Positions 9,715 through 20,240 are shown, counted from the stretch's first letter. The stretch is 64,000 bases of DNA from a virus (IMGVR_UViG_3300014887_000002:5450-69449); one strand, 5' to 3'. Numbers and translations are program-made. Notes: generated by a model from the letters alone, not told the origin.

Positions 9715-12157
9715 GCTAAAGCCGCTGCCAAAAGGGATGCAGCTATCTCCATACTCAGAGCTTTATTATACGCATGATGCAATTTACTATGATCCCAGAC
9801 TGCCTGCTAGCCTAATCGATGACCTGAAATCAAAGGCAGTGATGGTCTATACCGGCTGGTATAAATTCAATCCATCATTCAAATATCCGGTCATTTACCT
9901 ACTAGGACGGTCACAGCATTACGGCAAGTTTTATCTGCGAATAGGCGGCTTTAGACCTTATTGCTATGTCCCATCTTCAAATGGTAGTTATCGCAGTATA
10001 TTCGGCGATAGGCTTGAGAAAATAGAGCTAGACAGAAGCCCACCAGAAAAGATCCGGTTTCTGAGACTGCAGTCCATACGGCAGAAGAAAGGACAGCCAT
10101 ATGAGGCAGATATTCCATTTGTCAGGAGATTTCTCATTGACGTTAACGGCTTATTCAAATCTCAAGAGCCTCTAGACCTTCATGTCCTCATCTTAGACAT
10201 AGAGACGAACTATCCAGTATCAGACGACATAATTTCATATGCTGCTAACAAGCTGTGGAAAAAGGAGCTAAAATGCATCACTCTGCAGGACACCAATAAA
10301 TGGGATTTGATGATTGAATTACTGGCAGATATCCTAGAATGCGACATTATTACCGGCTGGAATATTAAGTTCGATATAAATCACATCACAAAGCCTCTTG
10401 AAACTATAGCCTTTGCTCTAAAGGCTGCTATGCAGAATTCCTATAGCGAGCAAGACCTGAAAAATCACATTGCTAAATACCTAACACCTGAAGAAGCTAG
10501 GCAGATTGTTGATAGCCTAATTGAGCACAAGCTGCTAGCCCAGAAAGATAATTGTATTAAGCCTGCTGATAACATCCCTAGATTCCTTATAGAAGAGCTA
10601 TTGGATCCATACAAGATAGCGGCAATAGTAGACATGAAAGACCTCACGAAGAAGATGATAGGCAAAGAGCTGAAATCATGGTCACTTGAAAATGCAGGCA
10701 GGGAGTTAGTCGGTATAATCAAGCACCTTCACACTAGGCATGTAAGAGAGCTCTCATACGATGATCTCATCGCCTATAATGTCATAGATACCATCATTCC
10801 TGAAGAGATAGAGGCCGTTTATGGTCCGATCCTTTATCACATCTATCTTGCTTGGCTTCTTCAATGCAGAATAGAAGACACCGAAATCCACTCGGTTGTC
10901 AATGACATTGTCATGCTAAACGAATATAAGCGGCATAATATAATCCTACCATCTAAGAATCTGACGAAGCAGAAATCGGGATACAAAGCAGCTGAGCCAT
11001 TTGGCTTGAAAGGCGTCTATAGAGACATTATCGCCATAGATCTTAAAGCAGCTTATCCATCCTGCGTATTAGCCTTAAATGCATCAATAGAGACTAAGGA
11101 TCCCAAGGGTGATATAGTCGCCGCTAATGGCCTAAGATTTAATCGGAATAAGAGCGTTTTCGTGGAAGCCTTAAAGCGAATAATGCAGGCGAGAGAGCAG
11201 ATTAAAGCAAAGTTAAAAGCAGAGACAGATGAGGCTAGACGAAGAAAATTGGACATTATGCAGAGAGCTTTAAAGACCCAAGCTGCTGCATTTAGCCATG
11301 GCATATTTGGCTATCAATATTCCAGGCTATTCTCCGAAGACATAGCTGAGGCAATAACCTCGACAGTTCGTTCAATACTAGATAATGCCAGAAGGACTCT
11401 TGAGAAAAACGGCTATAAGGTCATATATGCCCATACCGACTCACTTTATATCCTAGGAGGCAAACAGGAAATAGATCGGGTCATAGAGCTGGCTAATAAA
11501 TCAGTTGAGGAATATGTAAGGGCTAGAGGCTATCTTTACACGCCTAAGTTCGAGTTCAAGGACTTCTATGAAAAAGGCTACATACACTCGCCTGCCAGAA
11601 ATGTGATGGTTAGAGAAGATGGTGAGTGGGTTGTAACAGGCATGAACCTCATCCGCTCAGATGCTCCAGACTTTCTTCAGGATCTAGAGCGGAAGATCAT
11701 AGAGCTATATCTCGAGGGCCATAAGAAGGATGAGATTCTAGCCGAAGTCATCAGCATATTGAAGCATCTAGATGAGAAATCTCCGGATTATCTTGGCATA
11801 CCTAAACCGCTAAAGAAGAAGCCAGAAGCCTATAAAGTGAAATCAGCACACATCAAAGCAGTCCTTAATGCTATAGCCGAATATGGCTTAGACATCAATG
11901 TAGGTGAGAAATTCCTTATGCTGCCTGTCAAAAGACTAAAGAATGGGGAGAAAGGCTATATCGCCTTTAGATACGGCGAATGGCCTGATGGCTATGAGAT
12001 TGACTATTTAGAATATGTTCGGTCTGTAGTCCTTGGTAAAGTAGCAATCATGTTGGATGTGAATCCCAAAGACCTGAAGAAGAAATTTGAAGAGGAATTA
12101 AAGCCGGTATATGTAGGTGATGAAAATGCCGACAGACAGCAGAAAACTAAGCATTGA
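9707..12157 (+). CDS. polB: family B DNA polymerase with divergent motifs
   Basis: Exo DIET, GWNIKFD, YNVID; pol DLKAAYPS, KTQAAAFSHG, YAHTDS. Confidence 0.9.
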   Translation: MCELKPLPKGMQLSPYSELYYTHDAIYYDPRLPASLIDDLKSKAVMVYTGWYKFNPSFKYPVIYLLGRSQHYGKFYLRIGGFRPYCYVPSSNGSYRSIFGDRLEKIELDRSPPEKIRFLRLQSIRQKKGQPYEADIPFVRRFLIDVNGLFKSQEPLDLHVLILDIETNYPVSDDIISYAANKLWKKELKCITLQDTNKWDLMIELLADILECDIITGWNIKFDINHITKPLETIAFALKAAMQNSYSEQDLKNHIAKYLTPEEARQIVDSLIEHKLLAQKDNCIKPADNIPRFLIEELLDPYKIAAIVDMKDLTKKMIGKELKSWSLENAGRELVGIIKHLHTRHVRELSYDDLIAYNVIDTIIPEEIEAVYGPILYHIYLAWLLQCRIEDTEIHSVVNDIVMLNEYKRHNIILPSKNLTKQKSGYKAAEPFGLKGVYRDIIAIDLKAAYPSCVLALNASIETKDPKGDIVAANGLRFNRNKSVFVEALKRIMQAREQIKAKLKAETDEARRRKLDIMQRALKTQAAAFSHGIFGYQYSRLFSEDIAEAITSTVRSILDNARRTLEKNGYKVIYAHTDSLYILGGKQEIDRVIELANKSVEEYVRARGYLYTPKFEFKDFYEKGYIHSPARNVMVREDGEWVVTGMNLIRSDAPDFLQDLERKIIELYLEGHKKDEILAEVISILKHLDEKSPDYLGIPKPLKKKPEAYKVKSAHIKAVLNAIAEYGLDINVGEKFLMLPVKRLKNGEKGYIAFRYGEWPDGYEIDYLEYVRSVVLGKVAIMLDVNPKDLKKKFEEELKPVYVGDENADRQQKTKH

Positions 12158-12638
12158 AGATGCTCTGCTTAGAAGAGGCGATTTCTCTAAGACTGATGAG
12201 GAATTCATAGAAATGGTCAAAGAAAAGCAAGATGAGAGGTTTACAGATATACGCTCATTAGTCTTTGGATGGAAGCCACAGCCAGATGGCTCAAAGAAGC
12301 TAATGAGCAGACTGCCGAATGGCAAGGTCGTCTTCGTCGATAGGAGAGAGCAATTTGAAGTAAAGCCCGGCAAGCCTTATCTCTGCCTAGTCTATGAGCG
12401 TGAAAGAGAGGCCTTTGCAAGGATACTCTGTGAAGAGCAAGAGCCTATCATCTGGGTCTTACAGAACAGGCTAGTGACACTCAGATATGTTGACAGGAAT
12501 GGACAGCTAAAAGTCGTTATGCCACACGGCAAGAGCTATCAAGAGAGAATATTGGCTGCATTAAATAGGCTAGAGAGCCTAGGCTTTCCGGAGATCAAGG
12601 TTGTCTTCCGAGAGAATGAGAGAAGGCATAGCAGGTGA
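12117..12638 (+). CDS. hypothetical protein with possible TRAM/OB-like domain
   Basis: SRLPNGKVVFVD...VKPGKPYLCLV resembles TRAM beta-barrel. Confidence 0.45.
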   Translation: MMKMPTDSRKLSIEDALLRRGDFSKTDEEFIEMVKEKQDERFTDIRSLVFGWKPQPDGSKKLMSRLPNGKVVFVDRREQFEVKPGKPYLCLVYEREREAFARILCEEQEPIIWVLQNRLVTLRYVDRNGQLKVVMPHGKSYQERILAALNRLESLGFPEIKVVFRENERRHSR

Positions 12639-12853
12639 GGCTTATGGGCAAGCAATGTTATATTTGTGGCACTAACACGATCTTTTTCATCTGGACTACA
12701 TCGAGAGCATTTCCAACACACAAGCTAAAGCTATCTAAGCGAGACAGAGTTATGTATAACATAGGAGTGCCAATCTGCTTCAGATGTTTTGCTAAGATAA
12801 AGGAGGAGGCTTATGCGGATAAAACTGAACGAAGAGGCAAAGAAGGCGATTGA
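12635..12853 (+). CDS. small zinc-finger protein
   Basis: CYIC...CFRC. Confidence 0.55.
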   Translation: MRLMGKQCYICGTNTIFFIWTTSRAFPTHKLKLSKRDRVMYNIGVPICFRCFAKIKEEAYADKTERRGKEGD

Positions 12854-13028
12854 GGATGCTGTCCAGCAATTGAGGAATTTCGGCTTTATAGTCAAGAATC
12901 CGGAATTCTCTTTATATGCAGCCGATGTAGCAGTTACTGGAGAGGAGCTTAAAGAAGAACTGCAGGCTGTCCTCAAAATCACATTTGAGCTGTATGTCCC
13001 AGACAAATATCTGCAGATGGAGATATGA
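12813..13028 (+). CDS. hypothetical protein
   Basis: GGAGGAGG RBS. Confidence 0.6.
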   Translation: MRIKLNEEAKKAIEDAVQQLRNFGFIVKNPEFSLYAADVAVTGEELKEELQAVLKITFELYVPDKYLQMEI

Positions 13029-13987
13029 GAGTAGGCATTCAATGCTCAAGCTATGGCCAAAGATGTGGCATTTCGACTTATTCCATACGGCTCAATAACG
13101 CCTTAAATAAAGCAGGAGTTCAATCGCATATCTTCATTGAGAAGCCTCATGAAGAAGTAGACGTCATCTCCTATCAATATGAGCCCGGTATACTCCATCC
13201 AACAATCCTCCATGCATACGTCCGAAAATACATCGAGGAAATAGCCGTTGTTACTGCACATCATACCAGAGGCTTGGAAGGCCTCTATCCAATCTTAGAC
13301 GGCGTTGTCTTTCACGACAAATCCCAAATGCTAGGAGATGTCTGGGAAGGCTGTTATCGCATTATACCACATCCGGCATTGGTCTATCCAAAGAAAGACA
13401 AGACACAGCTGAGAAGGAAATATGGCTTGCCAGAAGATAAGCTCATAATAGGCACTGCCGGATTTATAGCTGGGACCGGCAAAAGACTGCCATTGATCCT
13501 CGTGCCATTGCTCAAATATCTTGAGGATGACATGTATCTGTATTTCATCACCTCGATGTGGAAGGCTGGTGATTTAGGCAGATATACTCAAATAATGCAG
13601 CTAGTCCGAAAATACGAAAAAGAGGACTCATTCAGAATAGACACAGACTTTGTCGAAGATGAGGTCCTAAATGAAAAGATGCAAGCCTGTGATCTGCTCT
13701 TTGCTTGGAACATTACCGGGCCTAATGACAGAGGCTCCCAAAGTGGAATAGCAGCCGATATGTATGGCTCTTATACTAAGCTTATCGTCAAGGACAGTCC
13801 ACATTATAACTTCATCAAACAGCAAGAGGGCGTATTAGTTGGGCCTCCAGATCCAATAGAATTTGCACAAGCTGTCATTAAAGCTGCTAGAACTACTGAT
13901 TTAGATGATGTGCCTGATCCCACCTGGCTGTCTTGGGATAATCAGGTAAAGGAATATATCGCCTTCTTCGAAGAGCTATTAGAGTGA
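13025..13987 (+). CDS. GT-B fold (GT4-like) glycosyltransferase
   Basis: CGISTY N-terminus, GTAGFI, SQSGIAAD, SWDNQVKEY C-terminus. Confidence 0.7.
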   Translation: MRVGIQCSSYGQRCGISTYSIRLNNALNKAGVQSHIFIEKPHEEVDVISYQYEPGILHPTILHAYVRKYIEEIAVVTAHHTRGLEGLYPILDGVVFHDKSQMLGDVWEGCYRIIPHPALVYPKKDKTQLRRKYGLPEDKLIIGTAGFIAGTGKRLPLILVPLLKYLEDDMYLYFITSMWKAGDLGRYTQIMQLVRKYEKEDSFRIDTDFVEDEVLNEKMQACDLLFAWNITGPNDRGSQSGIAADMYGSYTKLIVKDSPHYNFIKQQEGVLVGPPDPIEFAQAVIKAARTTDLDDVPDPTWLSWDNQVKEYIAFFEELLE

Positions 13988-13993
13988 TGTCTT

Positions 13994-15274
13994 ATGGCAG
14001 ATGAGAAAATACTTATAGTGTCAGACTCTCTTGAAGGACCAACAGGCTTTGCTGCAAATGCTGCTAATATTGCTTGGTGCCTAGCAAAGGAGTATGATGT
14101 GCATGTCTTGGGCTTGCAATCCATTAAAGACAATGAGGTTGTTCTAGACTTCTCAGATGAGCCTAGGCAAGTCTATCAGCATAAGAACTACCCACGTGCT
14201 AAGGAGCTATGGGACTTTGGCGAGAGATCAGTTCCATACCTAATCAATGAGCTAAAGCCAGACCTGCTGATAACAGTCAATGACATCCAGATGGTCTCAC
14301 ACATTCCTAGATCGCTCTATAAGCATACAATAGTCCTAGACCTCATTGATATGCCTTCTAAGCGTATACGCTCTGAAGCAGACTTATTAGGCGAGATAAG
14401 ACATGAGCTTACAAAGGTCAGGGAGCGATATCCACCAAAGGTTAAATGGCTAATGTATGCACCACAAGACGGAGAGCCACCAATCCCAAGATGGTATGAG
14501 ACCTATTATGCTGCAGATGAAGTTGTTGCAATGAGCAAATATGGTCAGAAGATCTTCAAGGATTACTTCATGATGGATGTCGACTACATCTATCACGCAG
14601 TCGATACTAAGACCTTCTATGATGTTGGCAAGCCTGAACATCTTCAAGACAAGTTCATAGTCGGAGACATAAACAGGAATCAGCCAAGAAAACAGCCTAT
14701 CCGGCTAATAGAGGCATTTGCTAAATTCGCTAAGGATAAGGATGATGCCTTTCTATTGCTCCAAATGGATTGGAATGACAGGTTTGGATGGCCTCTGCTC
14801 TATTTCGTAAGAGACGTCTATAAAATAGCTGACAAATGCATTCAGCCTAGGCCTCTTCCTCAGCCTAAGGCTAAACTCAAAGAAATATATTCTGCTTTTG
14901 ATGTTAATGTCATGCCAACAGCCGGAGAAGGCTTTGGACTTCCAACAATAGAAGCAGCTGCTTGTGGCAAGCCTACAATTGCTACAAACTACACAACCTC
15001 ACGAGAGCTCATAATGGAAGGCAGGCCTAGACCAAGAGGCAAATTAGTTCCTTACATCACTCTTTACTGGGACACACTAGATGTTGCTGCAGTCCAAAGA
15101 GCCTTAATAGACACCGATAAGCTTGCTAAGGCACTAGAATACTACTATCAGCATAGAGACATTCTTGAGAAGCATGGCAAGAATGCTCTAGAGTGGGTCA
15201 AGAAGAATGTCGAGCTGAGAGTCATAGAGAAGCAATGGTTGAATAAAGTAAAAGAGGTGTTGGATAATGGATGA
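13994..15274 (+). CDS. GT4-family glycosyltransferase
   Basis: PTGFA, NRNQPRK, GEGFGLPTIEAAACGKP. Confidence 0.9.
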   Translation: MADEKILIVSDSLEGPTGFAANAANIAWCLAKEYDVHVLGLQSIKDNEVVLDFSDEPRQVYQHKNYPRAKELWDFGERSVPYLINELKPDLLITVNDIQMVSHIPRSLYKHTIVLDLIDMPSKRIRSEADLLGEIRHELTKVRERYPPKVKWLMYAPQDGEPPIPRWYETYYAADEVVAMSKYGQKIFKDYFMMDVDYIYHAVDTKTFYDVGKPEHLQDKFIVGDINRNQPRKQPIRLIEAFAKFAKDKDDAFLLLQMDWNDRFGWPLLYFVRDVYKIADKCIQPRPLPQPKAKLKEIYSAFDVNVMPTAGEGFGLPTIEAAACGKPTIATNYTTSRELIMEGRPRPRGKLVPYITLYWDTLDVAAVQRALIDTDKLAKALEYYYQHRDILEKHGKNALEWVKKNVELRVIEKQWLNKVKEVLDNG

Positions 15275-15575
15275 CGACTTCTGGGATGAGATATTAGACC
15301 TGCTTGCTAATCTTAGGGCGCTATTAGGCGAAGATAGGCATATTACAGAGGATATGGACGTCATCTTTGACAGAGAGAAAAGGCGAATATATGTCTCTAT
15401 GCCATTACGCCATATCAAAGAGGTCAAGGACGTAGCAGTTGAGCATGGCAATCTATACATACTTGCAAAGAATGGCGAGGTTTTCTATCGTGAAATAAAG
15501 CTAGAACTGCCCATTAAGGCTCTTGTGTCCTATTCATTTAAGAATGGCGTCTTAGATATAATCCTCGAATATTGA
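15267..15575 (+). CDS. small heat-shock protein (Hsp20/alpha-crystallin)-like
   Basis: FYREIKLELP...YSFKNGVLDIIL matches archaeal sHsp C-terminus. Confidence 0.7.
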   Translation: MDDDFWDEILDLLANLRALLGEDRHITEDMDVIFDREKRRIYVSMPLRHIKEVKDVAVEHGNLYILAKNGEVFYREIKLELPIKALVSYSFKNGVLDIILEY

Positions 15576-16432
15576 GGTGCAGACATATGGGACTCCTTGA
15601 TGAATTGGAATCAAAATCTATATTCGTGCTTCGTGAGGCAAAGGCTCAGTTCAAAAATCCAGCCATACTCTGCTCATTTGGCAAGGACTCAACCACATTA
15701 GTCCACATCACAAGCAAAGCATTTCCTACATTCCCATTTCCGGTAGTCCATATCGACACAGGCGTTAAATTTCCCGAGATCTATGAATTTAGACAGAAGC
15801 TTCAGGAGATTTATGGCTTTGAATTGCTGATAGCAAAGAATCTGGAAGGCATAAAGAGCACATCCCCCGAAAAGGACAGATTCGAATGCTGCATGAAGAG
15901 AAAGACAGAAGCCTTGAAAATGGTGTTAGCGGAATATGGCTTTGACGCCTTAATACTGGCAATTAGACGGGATGAACTTCCAGAAAGAGGCATAGAACGC
16001 TTCTTCTCGCCTAGAAGGAAAGGCAACTGGGAAGTCCTGAGGCCTAAGAAGCCTACGGAAGAAGGAGACTCACCGTTTGAATATCTGCAAGATGCAGAAT
16101 TCTCTGGCTGGTATCTATTTGCGGCAGATTGGACTGATCCTAGAATCGACCACTATAGAGTCCATCCTATGCTTGACTGGACTGAGCTAGACGTGTGGCA
16201 ATATATTAAACGAGAGGATATTCCAGTAAACCCTCTTTACTTTGCAGTGAATGGCTATAGATACCGGAGCATAGGCTGTATGCCCTGCACTTCGCCAATA
16301 GAATCAGATGCAGACACCATTGACAAGATCATAGCCGAGATAAAGTCCTACAAAGGCACAGGTGAAAGAGCAGGCAGAGCACAAGACAAAGAGAAGATAA
16401 TGAGGAGGCTTAGAGTGCTGGGTTATATGTGA
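15572..16432 (+). CDS. cysD: sulfate adenylyltransferase subunit 2 (CysD; PAPS-reductase superfamily)
   Basis: LESKSIFVLREA, SFGKDS PP-loop, HIDTGVKFPE, RRDE, YRSIGCMPCT, ERAGRAQD, LGYM; likely start ATG 15587. Confidence 0.85.
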   Translation: MRCRHMGLLDELESKSIFVLREAKAQFKNPAILCSFGKDSTTLVHITSKAFPTFPFPVVHIDTGVKFPEIYEFRQKLQEIYGFELLIAKNLEGIKSTSPEKDRFECCMKRKTEALKMVLAEYGFDALILAIRRDELPERGIERFFSPRRKGNWEVLRPKKPTEEGDSPFEYLQDAEFSGWYLFAADWTDPRIDHYRVHPMLDWTELDVWQYIKREDIPVNPLYFAVNGYRYRSIGCMPCTSPIESDADTIDKIIAEIKSYKGTGERAGRAQDKEKIMRRLRVLGYM

Positions 16433-16433
16433 G

Positions 16434-16751
16434 GTGAGAGCTATGGGCCTTTATGACAGCTTCTACGTCAAGACCAAATGCCCAAGATGCGGGCTAGAAG
16501 ACATATTTGAATTCCAAACCAAGGCCTTTCTACAGCGTGCATTAAGGGAATGGAAAGAGAACGAGCCTTTCAGCCATCCCGACATTGAAATAAAAGAAGG
16601 CAAGATAAAGCGCTGTATAGCCATACACGAAGACTGTCCTAATCCTGCATATGAGGATGAAGATCGGCGATTTACTGTATTCTATGGCGATATCATAATT
16701 AGAAACGGCATAGTAGCCGGAGTCGATAATATCGTAGAGGAGGAAGAATGA
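16434..16751 (+). CDS. zinc-ribbon hypothetical protein
   Basis: MGLYD...CPRC...FQTK. Confidence 0.6.
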   Translation: MRAMGLYDSFYVKTKCPRCGLEDIFEFQTKAFLQRALREWKENEPFSHPDIEIKEGKIKRCIAIHEDCPNPAYEDEDRRFTVFYGDIIIRNGIVAGVDNIVEEEE

Positions 16752-16918
16752 CAGAAGAAGATGAGAAATATACAATCAAGCTGACCTTGGAGGAATTCGA
16801 ACATCTTGCAAATACAGAGCCTGGTGCTTGTGATTGCAAGATATGTAGACGATTCTGGTCTGCTGTAGAGGAATGGCTAGAAGATATCAAGAAGGCACAT
16901 GATACTGATATTAGCTGA
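16748..16918 (+). CDS. small hypothetical protein (56 aa, not in ORF track)
   Basis: GAGGAGG RBS; CDCKIC; fills the gap between neighbours. Confidence 0.5.
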   Translation: MTEEDEKYTIKLTLEEFEHLANTEPGACDCKICRRFWSAVEEWLEDIKKAHDTDIS

Positions 16919-17753
16919 CAGCTTACGATATGATTTTGCTGTTCGCTATTTGAAAGGCGTGTTTCCAGAAGAAAGCTGGTCCTCATTTGAGGCTATAGAG
17001 ACCTTTACTGCACCAGTCTTAGCTACAGTGGCGACAGGGACTCCACCAGAAGTCCATGGAGTTAAGTGGTTTACTGATGAGGTAAATCCTGAGGCATGCA
17101 AAGACACATTATTCGATCATTTCGACTCATGGGTCACAATATCTCGGCTTATTGGCAATGGACCCAAATGGCTCCCGCCTAGTAGGCGAGATAACATCAG
17201 CTTCTTACCTCCAATAAAATGGAATGCAGTCACAAATAACGATGATGATGTCTTGGAATATGTTGGTAGGAAGTGGTCTATAGCAACAAATGAATGGTGG
17301 GACCTCATCTTCTATCATTCTTGGCTGACACATGGTCCTTGGGGCATAGATTGCTACGGTCCAAAGGAATTGCCATGCATAAAGAACTGTGATAGGCTGA
17401 TGGCTAGAATGTCCAGAGAGGAGCTCCATAAATGGTATAAGCTGGGTGTAGATGATTTCAAGACTAGGCTGATGGCCTTTAAGAATATTTCAAACAACCT
17501 TGAAACTGTCATAGTCTTTGCAGATCATGGCGAAGCATTAAAAGACGAAGGTGAGGCTACAGGGCATTTCCAAGGCGGGCATGATATTCCAGGCTTGGCT
17601 AAGGTCCCAATTTGGATCAACAGAAAGGAGCCTATTCCTGATGACATAAGCCATGTGACGCTAAAGGATTGGGTCATAAAGATGTACAAGAAGTATGAGC
17701 TAGACAACTCTGAGTATCAGGCATATAAAGAGAATATATGCAAGCAGAAATAA
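16899..17753 (+). CDS. alkaline phosphatase/sulfatase superfamily protein
   Basis: ADSLRYD, FTAPVLATVATG, THGPW, ADHGE, GH; no CxPxR. Confidence 0.75.
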   Translation: MILILADSLRYDFAVRYLKGVFPEESWSSFEAIETFTAPVLATVATGTPPEVHGVKWFTDEVNPEACKDTLFDHFDSWVTISRLIGNGPKWLPPSRRDNISFLPPIKWNAVTNNDDDVLEYVGRKWSIATNEWWDLIFYHSWLTHGPWGIDCYGPKELPCIKNCDRLMARMSREELHKWYKLGVDDFKTRLMAFKNISNNLETVIVFADHGEALKDEGEATGHFQGGHDIPGLAKVPIWINRKEPIPDDISHVTLKDWVIKMYKKYELDNSEYQAYKENICKQK

Positions 17754-17980
17754 GCTGCTCAATAAACCCAAAAGCTAAAATCCGTGTAAAGGATTTGTTT
17801 GGAAAAAAGATCTATGAATATCAATGGCCTTCGCTCACATTACATATAGCTAAGACTAAAGATGGACTGTGGATTTATATAGATCATGAAGATTGGCTAT
17901 TATTGAAGAAAGCCGGAATAGATCCGAGTCAGCTTACGAAGAGAGAGATCGATTTTCGTCTCAAGCTTCTTAAGGCTTAG
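17738..17980 (+). CDS. hypothetical protein
   Basis: ORF in operon. Confidence 0.45.
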   Translation: MQAEISCSINPKAKIRVKDLFGKKIYEYQWPSLTLHIAKTKDGLWIYIDHEDWLLLKKAGIDPSQLTKREIDFRLKLLKA

Positions 17981-17991
17981 GAGGTGGTGGA

Positions 17992-20088
17992 TTGGCCTTT
18001 AAGAGTATCCGAAAAAGAGACGGCAGGATTGTAAGATTTAGGCCTGAGAAGATAACGGAGGCGATACTTAAAGCTGGAAGAGCCACAGGTGAAATAGAGA
18101 AGGAATCCATAGCAAGAAGGCTAATGTTAAAAGTGCTTTCAATAGCCGAGGAGACTATACAGAAGAGAGTACCAACCGTTGAAGAGATCCAAGAGATTAT
18201 CGAGGAGGTTCTATTGTCCTCAAGGTACAAAGAGACTGCCAAGGCATTTATTCTCTATAGAGACCAGCATAGACAGATGCGTGAAATAGCCGATAAAATG
18301 CATATCGACATTATTGAGCAGTACATAAATGGCAAAGACTGGAAGATCCAAGAGAATGCAAATATGACTTATTCACTGCAAGGCCTGCATAATTACATCT
18401 CCTCTGAGGTTAGTAGGACATATTGGCTGAATAAGATCTATCCGCCTGAGATTAGGAATGCTCACATATCAGGCGATTTCCATATTCATGATCTAGGTAT
18501 GCTTTCTGTTTATTGCGTTGGTTGGGACTTGCTTGATTTGCTTCAAGTAGGCTTTAGAGGCGCCAAAGGCAAAATAGAAAGTAAGCCTGCTAAGCATTTC
18601 AGAAGCGCCCTTGGACAGGTAGTGAACTTCTTCTATACGCTACAAGGAGAGGCTGCAGGTGCTCAGGCGTTTGCTAATTTTGACACTTTATTAGCGCCAT
18701 TCATCCGATATGATGGCCTAAGCTATGAGGAAGTGAAGCAGTCCATACAGGAATTTCTCTTCAACATCAACATTCCGACTAGAGTAGGCTTCCAATCTCC
18801 ATTCACTAATCTAACACTAGACCTACAGCCTCCATCTTACTTTAAAGATTTTCCAGTCATTATTGGAGGCAAGCCACAGAATGCGACTTACAGCGACTTT
18901 CAGGATGAGATTGACCTGCTGAATAAAGCATTTATGGAAGTGATGCTAGAAGGCGATGCTAAAGGCAGAGTATTCACATTCCCAATACCGACTTACAACA
19001 TCACCAAGGACTTCGACTGGGACAATGAGGTCTTAGAGCCATTATGGAGGGCAACAGCCAAATATGGCATACCATACTTTGCCAATTTCATAAACTCCGA
19101 TATGAAGCCAGAAGATGCTAGAAGCATGTGTTGCAGATTAAGACTGGATACTCGAGAGCTTAAAAGAAAAGGAGGTGGCCTATTCGGAGCCAATCCGTTG
19201 ACTGGCAGTATAGGCGTTGTCACAATAAATATGCCTAGACTTGGATATCTCTCTGAAGACGAAGATGAGTTCATAGAGCGCCTAGATAGGCTGATGGATT
19301 TAGCTAAAGAGAGCTTAGAGCTTAAGCGTAAATTCCTAGAACGCCTTACAGACCGAGACTTGTATCCGTATGCAAAGTTCTATCTCAGAAACATCAAGCA
19401 GAGATTCGGAGAATATTGGAAGAATCACTTTGCAACAATCGGCTTAGTAGGAATGAATGAAGCTTGCCTGAATTTGGGCCTAGGCGACATAGGAACAGAG
19501 GAAGGCAGATCATTTGCACTTAGGGTCCTTGAGCATATGCGTAAAAGGCTACTGGAATATCAGAAGGAGACCGGCAATAACTATAATCTAGAGGCTACTC
19601 CGGCTGAAGGCACATCCTATAGGCTAGCTTTATTGGACAAGAAGAAATACAAGGACATCATATGTGCCAATGAGGATGAGTACAGAAAAGGGGCAGAGCC
19701 ATTCTATACAAACTCTACTCAGCTGCCGGTCAATTACACCGATGACATCTGGGAGGCATTAAGGCTGCAAGATGAGTTGCAGACTAAATACACCGGTGGC
19801 ACAGTCCTGCATATATTCGTAGGCGAAAGAATTACGAACTATGAGGCCGTGAAGAACTTAGTGAGAAAGATCTGCAGCAACTTCAGGCTGCCATACTTTA
19901 CCATCTCGCCTACGTTCAGTATCTGCCCCAATCATGGCTATATAGGCGGGGAACACCATACCTGTCCTAAATGCGGAAGTCACTGTGAAGTCTATTCAAG
20001 GATAGTCGGCTATTTGAGACCAGTAGATCAATGGAACAAAGGCAAGCAGGCAGAATTCCGATACCGCAAGACATTTAAGCTGTCTTAG
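17992..20088 (+). CDS. nrdD: anaerobic (class III) ribonucleoside-triphosphate reductase with ATP cone
   Basis: KRDGR ATP cone, HIHDL, SMCCRL, EATPAEG, YTNS, Zn ribbon, YSRIVGYLRP glycyl-radical loop. Confidence 0.95.
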   Translation: MAFKSIRKRDGRIVRFRPEKITEAILKAGRATGEIEKESIARRLMLKVLSIAEETIQKRVPTVEEIQEIIEEVLLSSRYKETAKAFILYRDQHRQMREIADKMHIDIIEQYINGKDWKIQENANMTYSLQGLHNYISSEVSRTYWLNKIYPPEIRNAHISGDFHIHDLGMLSVYCVGWDLLDLLQVGFRGAKGKIESKPAKHFRSALGQVVNFFYTLQGEAAGAQAFANFDTLLAPFIRYDGLSYEEVKQSIQEFLFNINIPTRVGFQSPFTNLTLDLQPPSYFKDFPVIIGGKPQNATYSDFQDEIDLLNKAFMEVMLEGDAKGRVFTFPIPTYNITKDFDWDNEVLEPLWRATAKYGIPYFANFINSDMKPEDARSMCCRLRLDTRELKRKGGGLFGANPLTGSIGVVTINMPRLGYLSEDEDEFIERLDRLMDLAKESLELKRKFLERLTDRDLYPYAKFYLRNIKQRFGEYWKNHFATIGLVGMNEACLNLGLGDIGTEEGRSFALRVLEHMRKRLLEYQKETGNNYNLEATPAEGTSYRLALLDKKKYKDIICANEDEYRKGAEPFYTNSTQLPVNYTDDIWEALRLQDELQTKYTGGTVLHIFVGERITNYEAVKNLVRKICSNFRLPYFTISPTFSICPNHGYIGGEHHTCPKCGSHCEVYSRIVGYLRPVDQWNKGKQAEFRYRKTFKLS

Positions 20089-20108
20089 ATATAGGCAGGA
20101 GGCTGAAT

Positions 20109-20240
20109 ATGAAAATATATGAGCTTAGATGCAATGACTGTGGAGAACGTTGGACGGTCCTAGAAAACGAATATTCTGCTGTGAAGAAGCAGTGTCCATT
20201 CTGTCGCTCTAAGAATGTTGATGTGCTTGGCATACGCTGA
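20109..20240 (+). CDS. small zinc-ribbon protein (FmdB-like, 43 aa, not in ORF track)
   Basis: GGAGG RBS; YELRCNDCG...CPFCRS. Confidence 0.6.
   Translation: MKIYELRCNDCGERWTVLENEYSAVKKQCPFCRSKNVDVLGIR

Noticed and set aside
15572-16432. DndC/SspD phosphorothioation system
   Set aside because: Motifs fit CysD better, and no other dnd/ssp genes were recognised.
9707-20088. Inteins or introns in PolB or NrdD (also checked TerL)
   Set aside because: Lengths are ordinary, with no C...HN intein ends or LAGLIDADG motifs.
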